Below are positions 13,400-27,814 of a DNA stretch of 64,000 nucleotides, piece after piece. Position 1 is the first letter of the stretch, and every line of letters starts with the position of its first letter. Made by a program: the position numbers and the translations under genes. The stretch is from assembly GCF_009914755.1 (NCBI RefSeq), contig NC_060939.1. The stretch is one strand, 5' to 3'. This DNA is from the human T2T-CHM13v2.0 reference genome, Homo sapiens. Below the pieces are notes generated by a model that saw only the letters and a program-made list of their open reading frames with translations, had not been told where the DNA came from and ran no database searches.

Positions 13400-13960
13400 C
13401 TCAGTTCAATTTAGTGCGGGTCAATAAAAATTTAGTGAGCATCTACTTTATGGGGAGAAACATGAATGATTAAGACACAGTCTCTTCCTTTAAAGAATTC
13501 ACAATCTAACACAGAAGTAAGACTCATGAGCTAATAACTTGCAACAGAGTGTGATGAATGCGCAAACAAAGGTGAGTTAGGTACATTGGTGGCACAGAGG
13601 AGCAGACAGTTAACTGCACTCGAGTTTGTCTTGAATGATGTGTAGAAATTCTTTAACTGCATGGGGATGGGGAGAGGTTAGGGAAAGAAGGGCCCTTCTA
13701 GTTAGAAGCAATAACATAGTCAAAGGCACAAGTGGGTGAAGCAGTGCAGAGCGGCCGGTGTGGGAGATGGGGCTGGCTCTTCCTTTGGTGACTACTGAGG
13801 TGCCCATTTTATCAGAAGTTCACTCTGTCTTTCTGGAGTTTGCAAGATGATTCTTGCTATTATATACAGGATGGACTGACAAGGATAACCTTTAAATAGG
13901 GAGGTCAACTAGGAAGCTGATAAAAGTTTCGGGATGAGAAGTTTATGGTCCCAGCTAGAA
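13400..13960 (-). mobile_element. L2 remnant
   Basis: tttagtgagcatctacttta...aagacacagtctcttcctttaaagaattcacaatcta. Confidence 0.55.
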
Positions 13961-14259
13961 TTATGCCTGTGAAAATAAAAAGCAAGACTTTAAAAAGTGT
14001 GTTCTAGAGAAGTAATTGTCAGCTCCCTTTGTGTCTGATAACTCCTGAGAAAGAAAACATGCGTCTATCAGTAAGAGTGATGGTACGCTACAGAAGTGTA
14101 TCTCAAAAGGGATATGGGGATATCATTTGGAAAATCACCTTAAATTATTCTGTTGTCGAGATCACCCTCTAATACCCTAGCCAGGAGAATCTCTATTCTA
14201 GAGGAAGAACAAAACTCTGTGGGAACCAAGAAGTGGAAGGGGTTAAGGCTGAAGATATA

Positions 14260-14500
14260 AAAAATAAATGTTACCATTTATTGAGAACCTAAAATGAGCC
14301 ATCATCGTGGCAGTTAAAATTTTATTTTGTTTTTACTACTGTAGGGTAGGTATTCTCCTCATTTTATCAAGGAGAGACCTGAAATTCAGCTAGATTCTGA
14401 ACATTTTTCCAGCTCCAGTGCTGCTGGTAGAAATGCCTGGATTCGATCACAGGACCATCTGATTGAAAAGCCTGAGCTCTTTGTAGCACAGACCACCACC
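14260..14500 (-). mobile_element. MIR SINE
   Basis: accatttattgagaacct...gtaggtattctcctcattttat. Confidence 0.55.
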
Positions 14501-14737
14501 TCTCTCTAAGACCTTTAATGCTGTGACCTGATTGGACCCTAACATTGTATCAGAGGGGTGCCATTAATAGGGAAAATGAAGTTACCCTCAGGGATGGGCT
14601 TTAAGAGAAAGATGCCCAGCTAGTACTCTGATCTTTTGTTTCTTTTTCTCCAGTATCATCACTATAGTGTGTCTCAGAGAATGATAACAGCTCACATGCT
14701 ATTTTGCTAAAAGCGTGTGGGAGAGAAATTAGTGAGT

Positions 14738-15330
14738 AATTCATTCATTTTCTTTCAATCAACATGTATTTATCAGGCTCATATATGCCAGGTATTTTGC
14801 TCAGTGTAAAGGATAAAAAGGTACATTTGCAAGCATTGCTCCTGCACTCCAGAAATCTATAGTTTCATACATGCTAAAATATGTAGCATAGAATTCTAGT
14901 GGAGAGTGCTAAGTGGTCAAGTAGAGATGTGTGCAAGGTGTCATGAGAAAGTCTTCACCTCACCGCCGGTCAAGTGGCAGCTGCTTCTTAAAGAATGAGT
15001 AGGAAATGTCCCTAGGGGGAGAAGTGAGAAAGGCACTCCAGGAGGAGCAAGCAGCAGTGCAAAGGCAGGGCATATTGGAAGTGTTTCAGGAGATGCGCCA
15101 TGTAGCAAGAGCTGAAAAGAAGGACAGGGCTGTTCAGGGCTCTGTGTTCTCTTCTGAGGAGCAGACATCTAGTCTCCTGAGTGGAGTGTGTTAGTAGCAG
15201 GGAGGAGGGATGGAGACTGTAAGGGATTGGAGGGGGTGGCATGAGCTTAGTGTTTCTGAACAAAATTTGGAGAGCTGGTGGGGAAGGATTTGGTTGGAGA
15301 CAGAGTGGTTCCAGGAGAGGCAGATTCCAG
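14738..15330 (-). mobile_element. L2 remnant
   Basis: attcattcattt...atttatcaggctcatatatgccagg. Confidence 0.55.
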
Positions 15331-16310
15331 CCTGTTACAAAGTCTCATCTCAGACAGGCTCAGGACCTAGTCTGAGTCCATCCTAAACATCACCCTCCTC
15401 CACTACCCCCCAAACCCATTCCACTACCTCAGAGGGCTAAGTCATTTTAAGGGTCAAGTGGGAATGGAGGAGGAGCTTCACCTAACTTACTAGCCTGAGG
15501 AGTCCAGGATCAGGGCTGTATACCAGCCTATAAAATGAATCAGTGCCTCAGGGTCTTTCCCATAGCAACAAAATTACTCCTTGACACCTAGACAGTTCTT
15601 GCTTCCTTTGTTTTCTGCTTCTCGTGTTGCCTGAAGGCGTGCCTCTTCTTTTGACTTGTATAATTCCCTCATCTAGCTGGGGGCCTCATATAAACTCTGC
15701 TGCACTGCTAATATTTCAGTGTCATTTTCAGCTCTATTACATGCTTCTCTCAATCATTCTTTAGAGCAGGGGATGTCATCTAGAGGGGTCTGCAGCTTGC
15801 ATAAATGAGTTACAAATCCTCATAATTTCAAGTGGGTTACCAAACCTCTTCCCAGCAGAACCAGGCATCTGGTAGCTCCAAAGTGTGAAAAGGACATTAT
15901 GCATATGTATGCAGAGCCACATGCCCTACAGCGATTCAGAAGTACTTGCCACACTTTCACTCACGAGGGCCATATGCAAGGAGACCTGAGAACTGCTCTT
16001 TGAAAGGAAGCTGCTTTAGCATATCCTTTCTGTTCTCTATTCTCTGCACAAGGCTTCAACTTTCTTTTCCTGAACCCATGAAAGGAGTGAGGAAAAGGTT
16101 TGACTGAGTGTGCAAATTATCTATCATATAAAACTTTGCATATCTGTAGTTGGCTAACTTTACCATCAGCAGCTACTGGAGAAAGTGAAAAAGCAACAAA
16201 GCTCAGTCTATATGAACATAGCGAGGGCAACAAAATCAGGGACCTAGATGACTCTGACATGGATAATGTTGCCTGAAGAATTTGGAATGGAGGAAAAGGT
16301 TCGACTGCTG

Positions 16311-16536
16311 GTAGCTGTTTGACCTGGCTTAAGATACTTATCCCCACTGAGACTTCCTGCACCTGTAAATGGGGCATAATAATAGCTCTACTGAGTAGTG
16401 TTTTCTGAGAATTAGATAAAATAACAGATTTAAAATAGCTTATAAAAACATACCAAAGAACAAAAGCTAACAAAAATACACTTTCCATTTCCTTCCTTTT
16501 GATTTATAATAATTTATTAATAATTACTCTGACTTC
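16311..16536 (+). repeat. Local direct duplication, copy A (MIR fragment plus unique flank)
   Basis: Hand alignment to 18209-18432 gives about 28 differences in 226 bp (~88% identity). Confidence 0.9.
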
Positions 16537-16970
16537 TAAAAATAAGTCAATCTCATAGTGACAGAGAGTAAAGGGGTGGCTGCCAGGGTCTGGAGAGTAG
16601 GGAAACGGGGAGATGTTGGTCAAAGGGTACAAACCATCAGTTATAAGATGAGTAAGTTCTGGAGACCTAATGTACGGTATGGTGACTATCGTTATTAATC
16701 ATGTGTTGTATACCCGAAGTTTCCTAAGGGAGTAGATCTCAAGTGTTCTCACCACCAAAAAAAAAAAAAAAAAATGAAGTGACTTGTGAGGTGATAGATA
16801 ATGGATATGTTAATTAGCTTGATTGTGGTAATAATTTCACAATGTATGTCCATGCCAAAACATCACATCGTGTACCCTAGATATGTGTGCTACTTTTATT
16901 TGTCAGTCATACCTCAAAAAACAAAAACAAAAATAAAAACAACAACAACAACAACAAAAACAGAAAAAAG
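16537..16970 (+). mobile_element. L1MA/L1MB-type 3' end with A-rich tail
   Basis: ggtcaaagggtacaaa...ttctggagacctaatgtac...gtagatctcaagtgttctcacca...ttaattagcttgattgtgg. Confidence 0.85.
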
Positions 16971-17058
16971 CAAACTGTAAATTTAAAAACAAAAAACTGT
17001 CCTATTCACTTTATGTAGTTTTTGTGGTGGAAATTAAGTGAAAATAGTGAATGTTGTA

Positions 17059-17497
<439 letters not shown>

Positions 17498-18208
17498 TTA
17501 CAAAAATATTTGGAAATGTTGACTTGAAGTAGATGTAGTATTGTTACTGAGGAGCAGAGAAGTTGATGCATTTATCTGTCAAGCCCAGTTCCTACCCACC
17601 TTCTTGGTGCAAAAAGCTGCCAAATACCTCATATATGTATAAGGTGGGTAGTGTTTGGAAAGGAGGATTGGGAGGTGCCCTTTAAAAGTGGTATACACAA
17701 AGTGCAGACCTGCAGTTTTTACATTCCACAACTGTGAGTTCTTATCTTTTCTGAGACTTAAAGATTTAGCATGATTGTCAAGGCACATTGGATGGATAAC
17801 CAGCCAGAAGCTCAGATGCTTGCAGATGCTGCTGTCAGTTTGCATCATCCTTTCGCAGGGGGATGGCGCCCTCACCCCTTCTCCCTCCTTTCTGCACCTT
17901 GGTGGTGGTGGTGGGGTGGGGGTGTTGGGAATCTCCATGTGAAAGGACGTGGTGAAGACTGGCAGTCTGAGGTTGGGCCTCAGAAGGAGGGCAGTAGATA
18001 GGACTCTTAACCAAGTTATCAAGGACCTGCGGTTTTTCATTTGCGCTGTCCAAATCCCCTTTCTCAGTAAATTTCAGCGTTTTCTCCTCCCATCCTTGTG
18101 ACCTGGTGTGGAAGTGGAGAGAGGTGGTGGGTAAGACAACTACCTTGGCATGTTCTGGCATCCTCAGACAGGCCTGGGATTGAGCCCCGTCTCTGCCAGC
18201 TACAACTT

Positions 18209-18432
18209 GTAGCTGTTTGACCTGGTTTAAGTTATTTATCCCCACTGAGACTTACTGCATCTGTAAATGGGGCATAATAATGTATCTACTGAGTAGTGTT
18301 TTCAAGACTTAGATTAAGTAATATATTTTAAATATCTTATGAAAACATACACAGAACAAAAACTAACAAAAATATACTTTCCACTACCTTCTTTTTGATT
18401 TATAACAATTTATTAACAATGACTCTGACTTC
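18209..18432 (+). repeat. Local direct duplication, copy B (probable donor)
   Basis: Same block as 16311-16536, but here it continues upstream into the MIR 5' part (ggcctgggattgagccccgtctctgcca). Confidence 0.9.
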
Positions 18433-19569
18433 CTTCTATATCACACTATCCTTATCTATAAAAAAGGGTAAACTAAATAACTTATAATGCTTGCACACTA
18501 GTAAAGGCTGAAAATTCTTCCACTTCCAGTGCTATAACCAAGAAATAAATGAGGTTGCTATGTATATTCTAAGGTATGTCAAGATAAAATTGCACAGAGA
18601 GATTAAAAAGGGGGAATCTGATCTAGGTATTATTGGACAAGTAAAGTGTTAATAAGCAAATAGGTATTGACACAATGAGGAAAGACACACAGAGCCTGAT
18701 GCTGTTAGGTTTAACGAAAGCAATTTGGATAAACTGATTTATGCTAAGATAATAGAGATTCTCCCAGAACTATGTTTGTAATTTAGAAGAGGGCAGCTCG
18801 AAGGAAGCATGAGCCTCTGTCTTGGGGAGTAGGTGCTTCTCCCTCCATTCCAAAGCACACAGGCAGGAGTGCAGCAGAGCTTGCAGGAGGCTATAGTTCC
18901 CCACTGGACACTCATCTGCATGAGTGCAAGGACTCCGTCTGTTTTGTTGCCAGTTGTACTTACTGAATGTTGAACTTTGGATAAATAGATTAGTATCACT
19001 GATGCACTTCAAGTATTATTGTCTGAGTGTGGGGTAAAATCCAGGACAAGAGAACCTAGTGATCTTTTTAGAATAGCAATTCTCCTGGAACACTTCCTGA
19101 AGACACCTCAGAGCACTTTTGCAAATGCTGATAGTTTATTTAAGCTTGTAGACAGCTTTTTCTTGCCTGTCGTACAGCTGTGAGTGTGGGAGCACAATTC
19201 TCTGAGGACCTGGGCATATGTTCTCTCCTGGAGAAAATGTGGGAGAGAGCCCCAAGGAACACATTGTACCCCTCTCTCTGCCAAGAAAAGAAAATCCTGC
19301 CTGAAATGCACCCTCAGCCAATGAGAAAGTATGAGCTGGAAACAGAGCTTTAGAAACTTAACTGTGTATTAGAATGAAGAGTGAGTTGGTGGATGAGTTG
19401 GAAATTCTGGGTTCCATTTTTGATCTTCCACCATAATGATATCTCCCACATACTACAGAATATGGTAAACTCTCTGGACTTCAGTTCCTCCCCCATAAAT
19501 AAGGAGATTAGTCCAAAGACATGTTAATGTCAAGATACCTTCCAGCCTGTTGCTCTCAATTTTATTGGC

Positions 19570-19755
19570 ACTTCCTAGAATTGTGAAGCTGGAAAAATAC
19601 TCAGATTTTTCTAATTCAGCTTTTTTATTTCATAGATGAGAAAACTGAGTTGTAGAGAGGTGAAGTTATTTGTCAAAAGCCACCAAACCAAGTAGAAGCC
19701 AAGCTAAGGTTAGGACCAGTATCCTCAGACCACCAGTCCAAAGGCTCTTAATCTG
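19570..19755 (-). mobile_element. MIR SINE
   Basis: atttcatagatgagaaaactgagttgtagagaggtgaagttatttgtcaaa. Confidence 0.7.
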
Positions 19756-19976
19756 TTGAGTCATAGTCCACCTTAAAAATCTGATGCAAGCCCTGGACAT
19801 GCTGGGAGTGGGGAAGGGATGGGAGGAGCAAATGCATCACAAGTAAATTCATAAAATTTGCAAACTATTTTCGGGGTTGTGGGGGGGGTGGGGAGGCAGG
19901 TCTTAGATTTCAGGCTAAAAGCTCTATGCAACACTTTATTTCTGAAAGTCGGTGTTAGAACCAAATATTTAAGAAA

Positions 19977-20264
19977 TTTTTTTTTTAAACAGGGTCTGAC
20001 TCTGTCGTCCAGGCTAGAGTGCTTGGCTCACTGCAGCCTCAACCTCCTGGGCTCAGGTGATCCTCTGACCTCAGCCTCCTGAGTAGCTGGGACCACAGGC
20101 ATGTGCCACCACGCCCAGCTAATTGTTTTTGTATTTTTTTTTTTTGGTAAAGAAGGGGTTTCTCCATGTTGCCCAAGCTGGTCTTGAATTCCTGGGCTCA
20201 AGGGATCCGCTTGCCTTGGACTTCCAATTGCTAGGATTACAGGCAGGAGCCACTGCACCTGGCT
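19977..20264 (-). mobile_element. AluJ-like
   Basis: cagggtctgactctg...cctgggctcaag...gagccactgcacctggct. Confidence 0.9.
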
Positions 20265-20599
20265 AGAACGTTTTTATATGTGATGGGAAGTGTGCCTCTG
20301 GCTTCTTTGGCTTAATAGCTTCATTTGTGCAAGAAGCATCAAAACACACTGGAACAAATCTAGGTTTATATCTGCCCTCCAAATAAGTGTTACTCACATG
20401 TTTTATTGATGGCAGTTTCTGATTTGTAAGAAGCCAGTTCCCCTTTTAAATGTTATAGCTGTTGTTCCTCTTACAAATACTTCTGCTAAATTCGGTGCTC
20501 CTCATTTGTCGACCATAGTCAGATAATACAAGGGGCTGGCTAAACAGAAAAGGTTTTCTCATTAAGTGAATCTGAAGGAGGCCTCTACTAATTAGTTAT

Positions 20600-20782
20600 T
20601 GAATTGGATCTTTGGGGTAGGTGCATTAAAATGACCTGTTCTTCTTGAAAATATATAGCATATAGCCCTGGACCCCAGCCCAGACCTATTGATTCAGAAT
20701 CTTTAGGAAGTAAGGCCAAAGAATCTGTGTTGTTACAAACTCTCCAAAACCTCTTATGCACACTCACATTTGAAAACACCCA
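20600..20782. mobile_element. MER5-like hAT MITE
   Basis: cccagacctattgattcagaatct...tatgcacactcacatttgaaaacac. Confidence 0.75.
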
Positions 20783-21071
20783 TTCTCAATACTTGCCCAA
20801 ATATTTTCAGTCTTTAACAAAACTGACCTAATGATAATACTACCCTAAATGATTCTTTGGTCTTTGAAATGGTGAAATAATGCAAGATTCAGACCATAAT
20901 ACAGGTATGGAAAACATACCATTTAATTTTTTCAAAGAAAATATTTTTTCTCTCCACTTAAATACAAGGAGATGAGTGGCTGTGGCCTGACTCATGCCAT
21001 GGTGGACACGGTGTAGGGTATCAGCTTTTCTTCTTGGTGGTCCTCATTTTCCAGATGATTCCTTAGCTGAG

Positions 21072-21350
<279 letters not shown>

Positions 21351-21689
21351 GAGTTCTTGTTTTAATATTCACAGTTGCATGCATGCCTGCCATTGAAGAA
21401 CTACCCCTATAGTTCTGCTTCATTTTATTGAAATACAGAAATATCAAGTGTGTTATTCCAAAAAAATACTTTAGCAGATGGTAAATATAAAACTTATATC
21501 TCCTCTTAGCATCAAACAAGCTAACATACACACTCATATACCGGTAGAACAAAAACTTATCTAAGAATGACAAAGTCTGACATTTTCTAACTTTAAAACA
21601 CCTTGCCCTATTTCTGAAACTAAGGTTTCTCTGGTTTTCAAAGAGGCTTCATAGAACTCCTAGGGATATTAATTCAGCTGCTTTTCACC

Positions 21690-22500
21690 CCCTCTGTCTT
21701 CAGGTTTGGGTTTCTTGAGTGCTTCCATGGGCTCGCATTTCTTCTGTGTCTGTGTGGCCACTTCCGGGTTCAGATCCCTCTATTCCAGTAGCGTGGTCAG
21801 AACAAGATAAATTCACTCCAGCCCTCAGAGCCTCATCTCAAGGTCAATAGAGGGAATTTGGAAACTTCTCTTGAGTAAGAGTATAGGTTATCCTTGTCCA
21901 CTGTGACAAGGGACTCAGTGAAAAAGCAGTTGCCCTCAACTACCCAATGTGTGGCCCAATGTGTGGCCCACAGCCAAAGTCTGTGTGCACAGACTTTGCA
22001 GTCACGTAAGCACATACTTCATTAAAATTGGGTTGGTTACTTTTTTCCCCCACAGAGACCATGTCCTGATTGCAGTTTATTAAAACTCCCTAGGCAGTGT
22101 ACCATTATTTGTCCTGCTTGTATTCATGAATAGCCTGTTTGCAATAGGAACATCCAGGTAGAGATCAATAATCAGTCTCGTAGTTAGGGCAGAGAGAGGA
22201 AAAAAAAAGAAAATCCACTGGTGCGCTGCATTCAGCTGTGTTTAAGAGGTCTTATCATTAAAGCAGCAGCAGGCATTTATAAACCAAGCTTGCCGGCAGT
22301 GCTGGGCAGACAGGATTAGAATAATCATCCATCAGGCTCTGTTTCATGAATGTTTTCCTTTGACTTTTGGCAGGATCTCCAACCTGAGCATATGCCAGTT
22401 GACATGGGAACACTGAGGCCAGCAATTTAAGGATTTCACATTTGCTTGCAGTGGTAAGATTTAAATATATAACAACGAAGGACAGTAAATATTACTGGGT
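21690..22500. promoter_or_regulatory. Candidate enhancer/CNE block
   Basis: Repeat-free; perfect ETS site CCGGAAGTG on the - strand (21759-21767); several retained CpGs; TTTATTAA and TTTATAAA homeobox-type motifs. Confidence 0.35.
22374..22453 (+). ncRNA. Candidate non-coding internal exon (80 nt)
   Basis: Acceptor ttttcctttgacttttggcag|G and donor GTG|gtaaga; stop codons in all three frames. Confidence 0.35.
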
Positions 22501-23457
22501 TCTGCCTTTTTCCATTAGATGTGAAACTGAAGTTGTTTAGGTATATCTTTTTTGATCAGTAAAGATCTCTGCTCGCAAAACCATAGCAAACACAAGAGAA
22601 ATCCATAATCCATAAGTACTGAACATAGTGTTTGTTGGTACGAGTGAAAATAGGGAAACTAATAATTAGATTTTTTAAGTGTCTGCATCATTGGACTAAG
22701 TGGAGGAAATGGTTTCCATTTTGAACAATGAAACTACGTGTATTCAGAAGAGATATGATTATACAGCACAAAGAGACACAGAGTTTAAGATCAATGGGGA
22801 GAAAGAAAGGGAAAATGACTCTGTTTTCAATTCTGCATGGGGCAGTCATACCCTTAACATGGGTCCAGATATTTGGTTTCTAAAACAACCACATTTGCAG
22901 TTAGTTAGGAGATTACGTAAAAATGAAGACTCTCTGAGGCCGATGACAGTGCACCTCCACACACTGGACACTTGCTGCTGTCAGAGACATCTGTATGCCA
23001 TTACTTAAAAAGAGAGTGATAATGGTGACTGTTGACAGACGGATGGCAAATTGGGTTACTGGAAGTTCATTTTGAAAAGGGAAGTCTCCCACTCCTCTGT
23101 GTGTATGTGTATTTACATATATGTGTGGACAAACACACATATACTCCCTCCCTTAAATCTGAGGCCGAAATATAATATTGAAAAAAGTAATAATTAAAAT
23201 TTACATTCTTAATAAAAGAGAGCACCATCTCTGGAAACATTTTCAATATAAAGTAGAAATTACACCATGATAGGGTTAAACAGTCAAACAAGATCATCTA
23301 GGCCTCGGTGGATTCTTTGAACCCCGTTTTGTTTAATAGGTTAAATTAAAAAAATAATACCCATTCCATTACCATCTTCCTTTAAGCCAGATCATCATGG
23401 AGTGAGACTATATTTGGTACATTCAGTTCTCTGAGAGCTACCATTTTAATATATTTT

Positions 23458-23770
<313 letters not shown>

Positions 23771-24789
23771 TAGTTTCTATATATTTCTTAGTCCCCATTT
23801 TCATGTAGTCTTATAGCAGATCCATGGTGCACTGAGCAAAATGTGACTTTGAACAGCCTGATTTGCTCATTCTTGTATACTGACCATGGCCTTACATCTG
23901 TGAATTTCTGAAGGATGTATTTTGGAAATTCAGCATTCATATTTAGTCCTTTTAGTATATTCTTCTCAAATTGCCTTGCTGCTTTATTCAGTCATATTAT
24001 TGCAGTAAAGTTTAATAGCTTGTATTTTCAAAATCTATTTATGGAACAATGGAAGAATGATTGTAAAATAGCTTGGAAGATGCATTACCTAAACTGATAC
24101 CTGGAAGTGATGATATAACTTCACACTTTTATGCATATAAAAGTAAATGAATGTATCATTATGGTTTCTTTTATCTGAATATTACATTCCCCTTGAAAAT
24201 TAAATAACTTTGCACTTGAGTTTCATGTTTTATTTCATGATTTAGAAGTGCTTTCTAGGAACTACCACCAAAGCCTAACTTCTATACATAAGTCGTGGTT
24301 TCCTCATACATACATGGAATTTAAGATAACATCCTAATTAGAGTCATTAAATCTTAGATGTCAGAAGGGGCTGAGTTAAACTGAACAGGGCTTTTAAAAA
24401 TCCCCAAGGTTGAGCAATGTGAGGAGGAAAAAAAAGTAAGAGAAACACGCATGTGATTGGCCTTAATGAAATTATAAGCCTCCAAGGAAGTGGCCTACAA
24501 CTCACATCTGGACCACAAAAGTCATCATTTCATCTGAACTGTATATATCAAATTATGCTTTTTGTTATCAAAAGTGAAAGTCTACAAAAGAAATCCAGTA
24601 GACCATGCTAAATTGACTTGCATCATTTAGAAAGTGGGAAGATTTTCTTAGAACTAGCCTTGGAGCCTCTTGTCTCTGTAGAGAACTAAGGACCATACAG
24701 AATCCTTTTCCACTTCTGCATATGAGGACACTGTTGAACAGATAGATTTGTTTGAGAAATAATATAATCATGTAGAGTGACAGAGTAGA

Positions 24790-25040
24790 AAAGCACTAAT
24801 GTAGACACCAATGTACCTCAATCTTAATCCTAAAACCATACCTGATTTTGCTGGATAGGATTTTTCTTCTTTTGTCTCTAAGATTTTAAATAGTCTCTTA
24901 AATGGCAGGCCTTAGTTTTTAATTTGTAAAAGGGGTTTAATATTTACTCTATTCTCTGTAGACTTAGCTGGAGATAAAATAATAAGTAAAAAATACTTTT
25001 TGGGACTTCAAATCACTACACAGAATTTAGTATTGCTAGA
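24790..25040 (+). mobile_element. Degenerate MIR
   Basis: gtagaaaagcactaatgtagac...ccttagtttttaatttgtaaaagggg. Confidence 0.45.
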
Positions 25041-27375
25041 AAGTTGATTCCTTATTAATAGCACTTGTCTGATTTGAACATTAGGTCAAAAAAGCATCTT
25101 CATCGATCTGGTCTGTGTTTTTACATTGAATGAAGGCTTACAGTTGCTCTGAGCTCTAATACACTTGACTGCTCTTATTAAATTATGATAACAACAAAAT
25201 GCAATCATTATAACTTTCCCTGAATTGTGTGTGTATCTATTTTTAGTGTTCTTAATGCACTGATCCAAAATTTCAGTGCTCTAAAATTACTCTAAATGAG
25301 AGTATGGGAGGTTATAGAGGAAATGTTTACAATACAATCCCTGTCAGTAAGGGGAGTAGAAAGGGTCTCTGGGACTGATCCTTGTGGTAAAGCCGTCTTT
25401 CTCAGACCTCCTTTTCTCTAATTCTTTTCAGATGCAGACTTCCTACCACAGCAAACCCTGTGTATCTTCCTGCCCCTTCTCCTCCTCTCTACCCGCTCCC
25501 GTCTCCTTTCTCCTCTCCTTCACACCTCAGAAAGTCCTTTGATTGTTTACAATCCAGGTTTTTTTTAGCTATTGACCCACAGCCCTCCGCTTCCATAAAT
25601 CCTGCTTTAAGTGTTTGATCTGTAAGACAAATATACCCCCATAGCCCTGAGTTTACTCTCTGACTCTGTTTCATTACAAATGTTGTAGACAATCAATATG
25701 AGTTGGGGGTGGGGGGAAATGTCTTAGGTCAACAAACACAATTTGCTGGAACATACCATAATCTTTGCCCTTGCAAAGAACTGTTGATCACACATCCTTT
25801 AAGAATAAAGCCAAGTTGTTGGAAAATGTAACTTAAATAATACACAGGAAATTCCAACAATTACACCTGACATAAAAATCTTTCAGAGCTCCCAGTTCAT
25901 GTACTAATGTTAGAAGCAATCAAGGACTATGAATAATGGATGAAGTTAAACATAGTGGCCCAAATTTTCATCCAGAGTGCTAGAGAAGAACGTTAACATA
26001 ATGGATGTGGGTCAAAGAAATTGCCTGACATATGAAATACCAACCAAGAGTATCATCCATTTATTTTTTATTTAGGAGTAAAGTTTGCACACCATGCCAA
26101 GGTCACCATTGTGGAGATACTTACTTGTGTGCACTATGGTCCTCCCTAATGATAACGATATTCTTCCCCAGTCCCAAGACCTCCAATCACATGGCAGCAT
26201 CATTTGTACCTTCTGTGACAATTAAAATCCACCCTCATTTCTACCAATTTGTTCTCCCAAGAGAACAAAAGTAACTAATAGTTCCTTCAAGCCTGGGTAT
26301 GGTCTGTTTTGTCCTCATGTTAGAACTTAATTTAAACCTTCCTTGGTCACAAAATTCTGAAACTAATCTGGGAAAGTAACCAAAGAGAATTAAGATGAGA
26401 ATAAGGTTAAGTATGGGAAATGTTGTCCTAAAATACTCCACCCAAATTTCCATGTGTTTATAACTGACTCAATTAGCTTGAAAATTAGTTTGAAATCATC
26501 ATAGCAGATCATACTACTAATAGTCAAACAGTGTACTCACAATCTGGCGGGTCTGGCTACGTCTATTATTTCTAGCATTTCCAACTCAAAAGGTAATTTC
26601 TCTGTTCAATCACTGACCTCTGTTTCTCCCCGAAGCCAGTGTGGAGGTAAGATATAATCAGCAAAGAGAGCTCCTTAGGACCCTTCCCAGGAAGAGGATC
26701 AGAAAATTATGGAAATTGACAGAGATTCTAGTAGGGTCTCTAAAATCTCAGCTATTTTTATTAGCGTTTTGTGAAGCTTCAGAAAACTGCAAGTATTTTC
26801 TATTCTAGTCACCCCCTATTACTTTGCAGCTGATCAAAATAGCCCATGACTAACAATAGGAACCCGAGAACCGCCATAACTGCAATGGTCCCATCTATCA
26901 CTCAGACATTTTTGGTGTAATAAAGTCAAAAGCAAATTTTCTTCTTTTATTTTCAAGTTTTGCATCTGACAAAATGTTGTTAGAGCTCAGTGACTTATGA
27001 AAAATTGGGACAGATTGAGAGCCTCTGATAAAGGCAATCTTTTTTATCACTAAAGGATTCTGCTAAATTGAGGGGAAAGGGGAGTTATAGTTCTTAATAA
27101 TGTGTTTTATCAACCACCTGCAAAAATTTTTAATTAAATATCTAAAGATACATTATACGATATTGTTGTAAAAGGCACAAACATGATTCCAGAAACATTT
27201 TAAAAGCTTGAATATTTAATATTTATTTGTTTTAGAGATAGAGGGAAAGGGGAGATGAGAAACGTAAATTGTGTAATCATATTATGATTTCATCCTCATA
27301 TCAGGCAAGAAGATATGCTCTGACATACCATCCCATGGTTATGTACTTTACCTTTTAGACTCTATCTGCTTATAC

Positions 27376-27416
<41 letters not shown>

Positions 27417-27434
27417 CAGAGAGAGAGAGAGAGA
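27376..27434. repeat. Compound (TG)n(AG)n microsatellite
   Basis: Read directly from the sequence. Confidence 0.95.
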
Positions 27435-27814
27435 ATATCAATGTCTGAGAAAGTAGAGTTATCAAAAGTAAAACTTTCAGAGGTTGCCTGAAGGGGCAAG
27501 ATTTACCAAATATCTATTGTTTAAGGAGTGACAATTACTGCTAAGATTAAAAATAGTAATTTTAGAATTGTTCAGGATTTGTATTAATTCTTAATGTTGT
27601 TTTGGTGTGTTTTTCAATGAGCTGTAGTGCCATATTGTCATGGCACTACCATGACAACTGTTGTATCCTTGGATCCCCTGAAATCTTGGTTTCATAAATG
27701 GAGGATATCATGGTAAAAATAGACATCTCTAAATATTAATTTTCCATGTGAAAGACATTAATCACTTTTTGTTTTTTCTTTTCCTAATCACTCATGCATC
27801 CATTTTTTTTTTTG

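Noticed and set aside
16107-16289. Processed pseudogene fragment between the 18-bp direct repeats
   Set aside because: No poly(A) tail, the repeats do not start at an L1 endonuclease consensus, and the translations are unrecognisable.
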